64,000 nucleotides of DNA, from contig CP068257.2 in NCBI GenBank assembly GCA_009914755.4, forward strand, positions 36,160,001 to 36,224,000, given 5' to 3'. The position numbers were made by a program, and so were the translations under genes. The notes under the pieces are model-generated. The model ran no database searches and was not told where the DNA came from. It worked only from the letters and a program-made list of their open reading frames with translations. The stretch is from the human T2T-CHM13v2.0 reference genome, Homo sapiens. Of this stretch, positions 25,733 to 35,904 are shown piece by piece (within the stretch, counting starts at the first letter, position 1; each line of letters starts with the position of its first letter).

Positions 25733-26105
25733 CCTCCCAAAGATGTCCACTTCCTAACCCCTGGGACCCGTGAATTTGTTTCCTTACATGGTGAAAAGGT
25801 CTTGCAGATGTGGTTAAAGGAAGGCTCTTGTGAAGGGGAGATGGTCCTGGGTTATCCAGAGGGCCCAATATAATCACAAGGGTCCTTATAAGGGTAGGGC
25901 GGGAGGGACAGAAAAGAAAAAGGGTGATGTGATGATGGAAGTGGAGAGAGAGAGATTGGAAGAGGCTATGCTGCCAGCTTTGAAGATGAAGAATCAGGCC
26001 AGGAGCCACCTCTAGAAGTGAGAAGAGGCCAGAAGATGGCTCCTTTCTTAGAGCCTCCAGGAGGAACCCATCCAGGCCAACCCATGTTAGACTTCTAACC
26101 ACAAA
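25733..26105 (+). mobile_element. MaLR LTR, MLT1-like. At 26128-26215 it is followed by an inverted copy of its own terminal ~80 bp.
   Basis: cctcccaaagatgtccacttcctaacccctgggacccgtgaatttgtttccttacatggtgaaaaggtcttgcagatgtggttaaagg...ggcccaatataatcacaagggtccttataagggtagggcgggagggacagaaaag... The reverse complement of 26128-26215 (gccactgaatttgtaacaatttgttacagcagc) matches the MLT1 3' terminus. Confidence 0.6.
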
Positions 26106-27477
26106 AACTCAAAGGGAATACATTTATATTAGGTTTTTGTTGCTGCTGTAACAAATTGTTACAAATTCAGTGGCTTAAAATAATATAAATTTAGGTGACT
26201 TACAGCCATCCTTCTGGAAAAGAGCATTTAAATCATTTTAAGGGTCACGTGAGACCATGGGCAAACAGACCTGCTTGGAAACACATCAGTGGGGAGCAGA
26301 AAGGTCAGCATAGTTAAGGAATCAAGTCAACACTGCGGTGATAGCACTGCAGGTATAAATAAATACTCGACTCTCCTGCCACTAGGATCCTCTGCCCTAG
26401 GTATTTCACTCAGATCCTCCACTCCTGACCTGTTTTACCCACCACTCTCAGCAGGGCTTTCCGACCTGGCATGGATTTTGAAGACCATTATAGGCTGGTA
26501 AATTTCAAATAGTTGACGTCCTTGGCTCATCCTTGTCAACGCACAGCGAACTGGTTAAATTCTAAGCCTTTGACAATGACGTTGAAAATTATGTTTTCTT
26601 CCTTAGGGCCGGTTGGAAGAACAGGAATGCGGTGGGGAGCAAAACACCCACCCATCATCCTGTCAGAGGCTATTCTATCTCAGTGGCCACAGAACTGTGG
26701 AGGAGGCCTTGAAGCTTAATTTCCCATTTTAGTGCCTTCCTTCAGAGACAGTGCTGGCCAAGAATCTATGACCTCAAATCCACACAGCACAGCATCTGCG
26801 TGATCTTGAAATGTACTTAGTAGAACAAGACATCAATCCACCACGGAAATAAGTCTGTGGTGATGCTGGGGCTGGAGTGGGGGCAGGAGATTCATGGTAT
26901 ATAGTGAGTCGGCCAGAATCATAATTAGAGCATTTATCATAATTCCTGACACTCTAATTGGCTTAAAAGTCTCTTCTTAGGACAGTGTTGGACAGTATTT
27001 CACCGTAGGAATTTGCTTTTCCAGGTGATTTTGTAGCAGACGTCACCACTGTCACTGACCATTATTCCCTCAAATTGGCAGAGAAGTGCCCTCCTCCCTG
27101 CCCCACTGGGGTCCATGGTGGGCACACACCAGCAGGCAAAACGATGAGGAAGTGCTGTCCTATTTGCTTCAAATTAAAATGAACACACGACACCTACCTT
27201 CCACATGAAGAAATAACACTATCTTCCCTACGTCTGTTTCTCTCTTGGCATGACTCCATCTGAGTTGGGCTCACCTTTTGACTGTGTCCTCACCATCTCA
27301 CTCCTTCATGGGACCAGGGACACTGGATAGAGGGGAGGGCTCACAGAAGGGGCGTCCTTTTGGGGAAAGCTTTTGCTGATGTTGCCTGCCCTTCGCTTCT
27401 ATCCAAGTCTCCCACTTTGAATTTTATTTCTGAGCTCAAAATCCCTGTGAGCAAAAATACTCTGCCCCCAATTAAAA

Positions 27478-28760
27478 AAATGGGGAAAGGATTTTAATAG
27501 ACATTTCTTCAAAGGAGATATTAAAATCTGCCATGAGCACCAGAAAAGATGCATCGTTAGTCACTAGGGAAGTGCAAATCAAAACCACTTTCACACCCAC
27601 TAGGATGACTCTAATCAGAAAGACAGATAATAACAAGTGTTGACAAGGATGTGGGGAAATTGCAACACTCATTGTTTGTAGGATTGTAAAATGGTGCAGC
27701 TTCTGTGGAAAACAGGTTGGCAGTTCCTCAAAAGGTTAAACATTGAATTACCACATGACCCAGCAGTTCCACTCCTAGGTGCATACCCCCCAAAATTAAA
27801 AACCTATGTCCACACAAAAATTACTATGTGGATATTCATAGCACTACTATTCTTTTTTAATTTTTATTTTATTTAACTTTATTTTAATTTCAGGGGTACG
27901 TGTGCAGGTTTTTTATACAGGTAAACTTGTGTCATGGGGGTTTGTTGTACAGATTATTTCATCACTCAGGTATTAAGCCTAGTACCCATTAGTTATTTTT
28001 CCTGATCTTCTCCCTCCTCCCATCCTCCACCCTCTAATAGGCTCCAGTAGAGGTTGTTCCCCTCTGTGTGTCCATGTATTATCATTTAGCTCCCCCTTAT
28101 AAGTGAGAACATGCGGTATTTGGTTTTCTGTTCCTGCATTAGCTTGGTAAGGATAATGGCCTACAGCTCCATCCATGTTCCTGCAAAGGATATGATCTCA
28201 TTATTTTTTATGGCTTTATAGTATTCCATGGTGTATATGTACCACATTTTCTTTACCCAGTCTATCATTGATGGGCATTGTTGAGTCTATGTCTTTACTA
28301 TAGTGAGTAGGCACTACTATTCACAACAGCCAAAAAAGTGGAAACAACCAAACTGATGAATGGATAATTATGATGTGGTACAATGGAATATTATTTAGCT
28401 ATAAAAAGGAATGAACATGGATGAACCTTGATAACATTATGCTAAATAAAAGAAACTAGACACAACAGACCATCTATTGTGCAAGTCTATTTATATGAAA
28501 TATTCACAACAGGAAATCCATAGAGACAGAAAAGAGATAAGGGATTGCCAGGAAAGGGGGCAGGTGGAATGACTGCTAATAAAGACAGAGTTTCTTTTTG
28601 GGGTGATAGAAATGTTCTGGCATTAGATTGTGGTGATGGTTGCATGAATTTGTGAAGACACCAAAACACACTGAATTGTATACTTTACAAGTGTGAATTT
28701 TGCGATATGTGAATTATATTTCAATGAAAATAATTATATGAGAAAAATATCACTTCTGGG
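27478..28760 (+). mobile_element. Old L1 (L1M-type), end of ORF2 plus 3' UTR, interrupted by a nested L1 insertion at 27853-28310
   Basis: ggggaaaggattttaatagacatttcttcaaaggagatattaaaatctgccatgagcaccagaaaagatgcatcgttagtcactagggaagtgcaaatcaaaaccac...gttggcagttcctcaaaaggttaaacattgaattaccacatgacccagcagttccactcctaggtgcatacccccaaaattaaaaacctatgtccacacaaaaa... resumes after the insertion as acaacagccaaaaaagtggaaacaaccaaactgatgaatggataa...cactgaattgtatactttacaagtgtgaattttgcgatatgtgaattatatttcaatgaaaataatt. Confidence 0.85.
27853..28310 (-). mobile_element. Nested L1 3'-terminal fragment (minus orientation, poly-T at its left end) flanked by a 12-bp target-site duplication
   Basis: A poly-T tract is followed by aatttcaggggtacgtgtgcaggttttttatacaggtaaacttgtgtcatgggggtttgttgtacagattatttcatcactcaggtattaagcctagtacccattag...ccagtctatcattgatgggcattgttgagtctatgtctttactatagtgagtag. 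The duplicated sequence gcactactattc occurs at 27841-27852 and again at 28311-28322. Confidence 0.9.
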
Positions 28761-29049
28761 GAGTGATACTGGGGTTCCAAGGTGGTCCTGTCTTCTGCTT
28801 GAATCTTAAATTGTATTATTTTAGTAAAGATGATGATAAAAATAAAAAAAATACGCTCTGTCAATCTGAGCTGCCTCTTCCTTCCCCATTTGGCGTTTGG
28901 TGTTATCACTTCCTGAGCAGCTGGGACAAGGGTCTCTTGCTACCCTTTGCATCCTGAATTTTATTTCTTTGCTCTCTGAGCCTGCCTTTCTGGCCATGAG
29001 CCCCCTGAAGTCCCTGCTGTGTTCCCTTCTTGTTTATTGATTTGTGTTA

Positions 29050-29482
29050 CCAAAAGGATGTGACTTTATTTGGAAATAAGGCATTTGCAGAAGTGATCAA
29101 ATTAAGATGAGTTCGGACTAGATTAAGGAGTGTCTTAATCCAATGACTGGTGTACTTATGAGAAGAGGTAAATTTGGACACAGAGAAAGGCACAGAGGGA
29201 TGATAATGTGAAGACACACAGGCAGATGTGTGGTGTGTGATGACAGTGGCAGAGCTGCAGTGATGCGTCTGCAAGCCAAGGAATGCCAAGGATCTCTGTC
29301 AACCACGAGGAGTCGGAAGAGGCCAGGAAGGACACTCCCCTAGAGCCTTCAGCGACAGCATGACCCTGTTGACATCTGAATTACAAACTTCTGGCCTCCA
29401 GACCTGCAAGTGAATAAATTTCTGTTGTTTTAAGTGCCCACTTTGTGATAGTTTGTTGCAGTCACCCTAGGAAACTAATATA
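29050..29482 (+). mobile_element. MaLR LTR, MLT1-like, 5'-truncated
   Basis: caaaaggatgtgactttatttggaaataaggcatttgcagaagtgatcaaattaagatgagttcggactagattaaggagtgtcttaatccaatgactggtgtacttatgagaagagg...acttctggcctccagacctgcaagtgaataaatttctgttgttttaagtgcccactttgtgatagtttgttgcagtcaccctaggaaactaata. Confidence 0.7.
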
Positions 29483-30902
29483 GCGTTCTAACATGAAATC
29501 TGGCACACGGAAGCCCAAACATGTTTGTTGAGTGAATTACTCTTCTGCTTCTATGTGATCTGTGATGGCTGACATGGAAAGAAGCCCCAGCAACTGGCTG
29601 ATAAAAAATGGAATAGTTAGTTCCTGCTTTTACAAGTGAGAACTTCAGCAAGAGATGAAGTTGTTTACCCCAGGTAGATAGCGGATGGGGACTGAGGATT
29701 TACTTCAGATATTTCAACTCTGAGTTAATGAAAGGAGATAGGAAAGAGAAATGAGCCTCTTCGAGAGCCTACTATGAGTCAGGCACTGTGTATGTGGTAT
29801 AATTTATTTCTCTCAAGGACCCTATGTTATGAGCATTCTTATCCACATTTCTGCAAAATAGACAATTGGCATGAAAACAGAGATGGGCCTCTGGACCTTG
29901 GATGTCCAAGGTCACGTAGTAAATAGCAAAGCCAGAATTCCCCCCTCCCCGGGTCTTTATGATTGTAAGGTCTTCCTCCCCTTGATCATGCTGAGGAGAT
30001 TTATTGATCAGACAGCTTTCAAATATCAGGAGGACGTTTCAAGTTTATTTGGCAAGTGATCAGGATCTACTTACCTTACAAACTCAAGTTGTGAATGAAA
30101 AATTCATTATCTCCATTTTCTAGTCATTAACTATACAATCCTGATCTAAATTCACAAATATAAACATTTTCTGTGATCAATAGAACAACGATAATATTTT
30201 AATGTGTGCAGTGTATTTTTGCTCTTTTGAGAGTAATAAATTGCTGAGATGAGTAATATAACCAATAAATGAAACATAAAAATAACTAAACCTTAAACTT
30301 AACTAAGGAATTTTTTGCATTCAGTTTTTTTCAGTGAAGTGACTGATAAACCTTCTGTAAAGGCATATAAAATTCTTACAGATTATATTGTTTTATTATT
30401 TTGGGAGTAGTAAATGGGAATAACTTTCAATAGGATATGCAAACCATTTTCTTTCTCAGCATCATTTATTTTAAAAATTTTGTAACAATTTAGAAAGGTT
30501 GTTTTTCAATTTCTTTCTCCATTTTCTCAGGAAATTGCTATGAAGATTGGCTTATTTTTAAGTTGCTAACCTATTTGAGCATTTGGGGAAAGCTTTCAAC
30601 AGCTAATGACCTACACTTACCCCATATGTCGGGAACATTGAGTGTAGTTAGCTAATGTTATATAATCTTTGCAAAAATTATTTTCATTAGAGTAATTACT
30701 GCTATGGTTGGGAATGAGTTATTCCATTTTTCCATGGTTTTGAGAAATATGAACAGAAAAGTACAAGCTATAATTAAATCAAACCATTAAAAAGAAATGT
30801 AATGGTTTAGCCCTGGAGTGAGTTTCTAAAATGTAAAAGTCACGTATTTCCTGAAATTCAAAGATGGTGAGAGATTCAATGTCCATTGTCATATTTAAGA
30901 AC

Positions 30903-31165
30903 ACAGTCATGTGTCGCATAACAACGTTTCTGTCATTGACGATGGACGACAGTGGTCCCGTAAGATTATAATACCACATTTTTATCGTCTTTTTTCTATG
31001 TTTAGATTTGTTTAGACACACAAATACCATTGTGTTCCAATTTCCTACAGTAGTTAGCGCAGTAACATGCTACACAGGCTTGTGGCCTAGGAGCAACAGG
31101 CTGGACCATGTAGCCTAGGTGAGTAGCAGGCTATGCCATCTAGGTTTGTGGTATCTATCTAAACA
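30903..31165. mobile_element. DNA-transposon-like fragment. It resembles an internally deleted Tigger-type (TcMar) element, but the family assignment is uncertain.
   Basis: cagtcatgtgtcgcataacaacgtttctgtcattgacgatggacgacagtggtcccgtaagattataataccacattttt...gtttagacacacaaataccattgtgttccaatttcctacagtagttagcgcagtaacatgctacacaggcttgtggcctaggagcaacaggctggaccatgtagcctaggtgagtagcaggctatgccatctaggtttgtgg. The CG-containing terminal-repeat-like end and the tagcctagg... motifs match a common human DNA-transposon consensus that I recall only imperfectly. Confidence 0.35.
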
Positions 31166-32318
31166 TATCATCTAGCAATTTGAACTCTCTCTGAATGTAT
31201 CCCTGTTCCTAATCAATGCATAATCTTATACCCATTTCATGGCTTTGCTCCACAGGCCCAGAGCTCTGTTGGGAGACATGGTTGTGCCTTGGAGCCTCCC
31301 TTAGGACTGACAAGTAGATGTGGCAGTAGCCTGCACCTCCATGTACTGCCAGGGTCTGGGAACCAACCAGGCATCCAGGGTTCAGATAGGGGGCGAGCAT
31401 GTCCTGGTGTGACATGCAGGGAAAGTTGGCAGAGGATATGTCCTGGGTGCTACCAGCCACTTATGGCCAATTGTGACCCTCTCTTCTAGAAAAATATTTC
31501 CTCTGCAGAATTCAAGGTAGCCACACCTCTACTATAGGATAAGATTAGCATTAATTGCTTAAATTATTCTATGAATTTAATAATAAACAGCAACCTGTTA
31601 GTGTGATAACCCCCAAATACATTTTAACAGAATACCTAACGAAATCCGTGGAATTTGTCCTGTTGTAGGGCATACGAGCAAGGTGTTAAAAGTGTCAATC
31701 ATAACATTGTGCATGATCTCAAATGGGCTGATTATTTTGGTCCTGGGCTATCAAGTTAGCTTTGCCATATTATTCTGAGAAATGGAGCTAAAGAACCATA
31801 ATCTGCCTTAAATAAAAGTCACAGGCAAGAATAACACTAAAAGTTAGATGGCCTGTTGAAAACTTGAATGGAAAACGTTAGCAAACATCCTACCACCTCC
31901 TCTCAGAAATGCACAAAGATACATGAATCATCCACTTGATGAAGTTATGCCTGGCCTTGAGTGCACTTTAAAAAAGATAGCAGCTAATCCAATAATAACG
32001 CTATTGACTTTTCCTTGTGTTAAAAATCAAATTTAATAATGTTCTGCTTTAGGCCCTAGATATCTAAGATGTTAGAACAGAAAGATTCATTTTCAAGGGC
32101 TAAGATTATTCCATTCTCCGGTCTTATGGACTGATATTGGAGGCATGAACACCCAGAGACAGAAGCCACTCATCCCTGGGACAAAAGAGTCACATACAAA
32201 GGGGCATTGGCTCTGCAAGACTTCAAGCTTCTTTATTCTCTTGGGCTAGCTCTCCCAGAGAGAAGGTCTTGATTTCCTTTCTCTCTCTCTCTTCTTTGTT
32301 AGTCTTTCTCCCCTTTTA

Positions 32319-32992
32319 ACAGGTGCTAGAGAGGATGTGGAGAAATAGAAACACTTTTACACTGTTGGTGGGACTGTAAACTAGTTCAACCATTGTGGAA
32401 GCCAGTGTGGCGATTCCTCAGGGATCTGAGAAAACTAGAAATACTATTTGACCCAGCCATCCCATTACTGGGTATATACCCAAAGGATTATACATCATGC
32501 TGCTATAAAGACACATGCACACATATGTTTATTGCGGCACTATTCACAATAGCAAAGGCTTGGAACCAACCCAAATGTCCAACAACGATAGACTGGATTA
32601 AGAAAATGTGGCACATATACCCCATGGAATACTATGCAGCCATAAAAAATGATGAGTTCATGTCCTTTGTAGGGACATGGATGAAACTGGAAACCATCAT
32701 TCTCAGCAAACTATCGCAAGGACAAAAAACCAAACACCGCATGTTCTCACTCATAGGTGGGAATTGAACAATGAGAACACATGGACACAGGAAGGGGAAC
32801 ATCACACTCCGGGGCCTGTTGTGGGGTGGGGAGAGGGGGGAGGGATAGCATTAGGAGATATACCTAATGCTAAATGACGAGTTAATGGGTGCAGCACACC
32901 AACATGGCACATGTATACATATGTAACTAACCTGCACATTGTGCACATGTACCCTAAAACTTAAAGTATAATAATAATAAAATAAAAAAGAT
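32319..32992 (+). mobile_element. L1 (younger L1PA-type) 3'-terminal fragment, end of ORF2 plus 3' UTR
   Basis: acaggtgctagagaggatgtggagaaatagaaacacttttacactgttggtgggactgtaaactagttcaaccattgtggaagccagtgtggcgattcctcagggatctgagaaaactagaaatactatttgacccagccatcccattactgggtatatacccaaaggattatacatcatgctgctataaagacacatgcacacatatgtttattgcggcactattcacaatagcaaag...gtaactaacctgcacattgtgcacatgtaccctaaaacttaaagtataataataataaaataaaaaag. ORF 32393..32767 (+) encodes the ORF2 C-terminus. Confidence 0.95.
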
Positions 32993-33542
32993 ATTATTAT
33001 TCTTAGAAAGGAAATTTGCTGTAATTTTTTCTGATTAAAAAGATGATGTAAGCTTGTTTGGAAAACTCAAGCAATATAGAAAAAATATAAAAAGTAAAAA
33101 TCTCAGTATCTGGGATTTGGGCTATTCATCATCTCCATTTTCTCCTCCTGTGGGGACACAATTATACTGGTATCTCAGCCTCCCTTGTAGTAGGTAGACA
33201 TGAGCATGGTATGTGTGCTGCTTCTGGGCCTGATTCATTTGTAGCCTTCCTTGCGATACTGCATAGTCTTTCTCTCTGCCATGTCAGACTGTCATGGACA
33301 GGTCCCCCAGAGTGACCTGGGGATCCACACCCTGGAGATGGTAAAGCACAAAGTGGCAGAAGCCTGAATTTCCTTTCCAACCCACCACCCCTGTCACTGG
33401 ACTTTATGTGAGTGAGAAATAGGCTTCCATTGTATTGGATCATTACATATCTGTGTTTATTTTTCAATGCAGCATAGCCTATCCTACCTAACTAGTAAAA
33501 TATCTTACCACCAGAAATAACAATGTAACATTTTAGTGAGAG

Positions 33543-33598
33543 TCATTCCAGATTATAAACAACACCTGTGTGCATGCACACACACACACAAACACACA
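33543..33598. repeat. Imperfect (CA)n microsatellite
   Basis: cacctgtgtgcatgcacacacacacacaaacacacaaaa. Confidence 0.8.
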
Positions 33599-34269
33599 AA
33601 ATTTTTTCAAGTAGGATCATATTATACATAACACCCTTTTCACTTAACTATATCTGGTGCAAATCTTTCCATATATTGTGTCCATATCACCCTTACAAAT
33701 GACTTCATGCTATTCCATTGAATGATTATACCATAATTAAATAAATTAATTTTTCATTGATGGAAATTTAGTCAGTTTCCAACAAACTTGGAATGAGCAA
33801 CCTTGCATACATCCCTTGGTGCAACTGGTCAATTACAGCTTTAGGAGGCAGGGCTAGAAGGGGATTGTAAGGGCAAGAGCAAGGTTTGATCCACATTGCC
33901 AAGCTGCTCTCCAAAAAGATGAGGATAATCTACTTGTCAATGAACAGTCAATAAAATGTACCTGTTTTTGCCACCGTTACCCACCTGGTGTTGTCAAGGT
34001 ATAGAATCTTGGCCCATTTAACAGGACCATTTAAATATGAGCTTATAGCAGTGATTTCACTTGTATTTCTTCTTTGGCTTTTGATATTGACGTTCTTTTC
34101 ATGTGTCTATTGACCCTTGATCATTTGTGCTTCCTCTTTTGTGAGTGATTTGTTTGAATATTTTGCCAGTTTTTCTACTGGGTGTGTGATACTGTGATTT
34201 ATAATAAGATATACATATTGTATTTAGCCTTTATTGCTGGTTCCTGGCACAGAGCTCCTTAAACTCTTG

Positions 34270-35095
34270 TAATTTCCTGAGCAATAGCGGTGCTAAGGTG
34301 CATCTTTTGTTCTAATATTTGGTCTTTGACTATAGTTCCTGACATAGAGTTCCTAATCCTTGTAATTTCCCGTAATTTTATTTTAATGAGGCAACTCTTG
34401 GTGGATTCCTGGATGGGAACTGATCATCAGAGAGATCAAACCATGATTAAAAGCTTGGAACTTTCAGCCCTAACCCATCCATCCTCCGGGAAGAGGAGAG
34501 AGGCTGGAGATTGAGTTAATAATCAATCATGCCTCCATTATGAAGCCTCCATAAAATTTCTTGAACTCCAGGGTTCAGGGAGCTTCTGGGTTGGTGAACA
34601 AGAACACATCCCATGCCAGGAGGCTGGTGCACCCCAACTCCATGGGGATAGGAACCCCTGCTCTCAGACCTTTCTACCCTTTACCCTGTGCATCTCCTCA
34701 TCTGTATCTTTTATAATATCCTTTATAACAAGCTGGTAAATATAAGTAGTGTTTTCCTGAGGACTGTGAGCCATTCCAGCAAATTATTGAACTGGAGAGA
34801 ATCAGAAGAACCCCAGGTTTATAGCCAGTCAGAGGTATGGGAGGATGTCCAGGACTTGTGATTGGCATCAAAAGTGGGGGCAGTCTTGAGGGGCTGATGC
34901 CTTAACTTGTGGGAGCTGACATTAACTCCAGGTAGATATGTCAGAATTGCATTAAATTGCAGGATGCTGAGCTGGTGTCAGAGAATTGGTGGATGTGGGA
35001 AAGAGCCTGCACATCTGGTGTCAGAAGTGTTCTGTTTGAGAATGGAGATAAACAGTGCTTTTCCAGAGGGAGTTTGTCTTGTTCATACTAATTAG
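34270..35095. mobile_element. Possible endogenous-retrovirus LTR-like repeat (unclassified)
   Basis: ctgtgagccattccagcaaattattgaactggagagaatcagaagaaccccaggtttatagccagtcagaggtatgggaggatgtccaggacttgtgattggcatcaaaagtgggggcagtcttgaggggctgatgccttaacttgtgggagctgacattaactccaggtagatatgtcagaattgcattaaattgcaggatgctgagctggtgtcagagaattggtggatgtgggaaagagcctgcacatctggtgtcagaagtg resembles ERV LTR consensus segments. This is recalled from memory only. Confidence 0.3.
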
Positions 35096-35904
35096 CTAGA
35101 GCTTGTCCTCCCCACTTCAAATTTGTGAATTTTTTTTTTTACCAGTGGAATATGCCATAAAACTGACATAACTACCAAGCTCTAGAATTTAAATGATCTT
35201 GGAGGGCTTAAGGGAGCTTCTTTTCAACCTCAGACATACCAGAAAGCAACGAATTCTGCAGCAGTTTTCTGGTTAATATGGCAATGCAGACCTAGGGAAT
35301 ATGGAGAGGTGGTTATGCAATGAAAGGGGAGACATGGGAAACACACCAGAAGACATAACATTGGAAAAACATTTGGCAAACATAAAGCCATCCCAAAAAG
35401 ATAAGTTGCAACACTGCCAGTTGGGCAAGATGATTAAATGGCAGAAATATTTATATTGTTTAGGTAGAAAGAAGGGAATAGTCTCAGACATGGAATAGCT
35501 AAACTACTGAAAGAATTTAGACCATTTGGGGTCCTTCTGACCCCCGTGAAATTGGAAACCATGTAAATTAGATTATTAATTACAAATAAAAATGCTCTGG
35601 TTATACCACACTTTCTGAGGAAATCATAAGTCCTGTTACCCTAGCGTTTGGGGACTCCTCTTGGCTAAAATCACTCCCTTGGCCCCATCACCAGCTGCAG
35701 TGATTCAGGGGAGTCCCACCTGGTTGTTCCTCTTAGAGCTGAAAGTGCTGAGGAAGGCAAGGAATTCTTGAGTCCTAGAGAGTCCCTATTTTCTAGAAAA
35801 TGGTAGCTGAGAAAAGAAAAGTGGCCATCTAATCTGGCACTAGAACTGGGAATTTAACCAAAGGGTCATCTTACTCTGTCATTAAGAAATGGGTGTGAAG
35901 ACAC

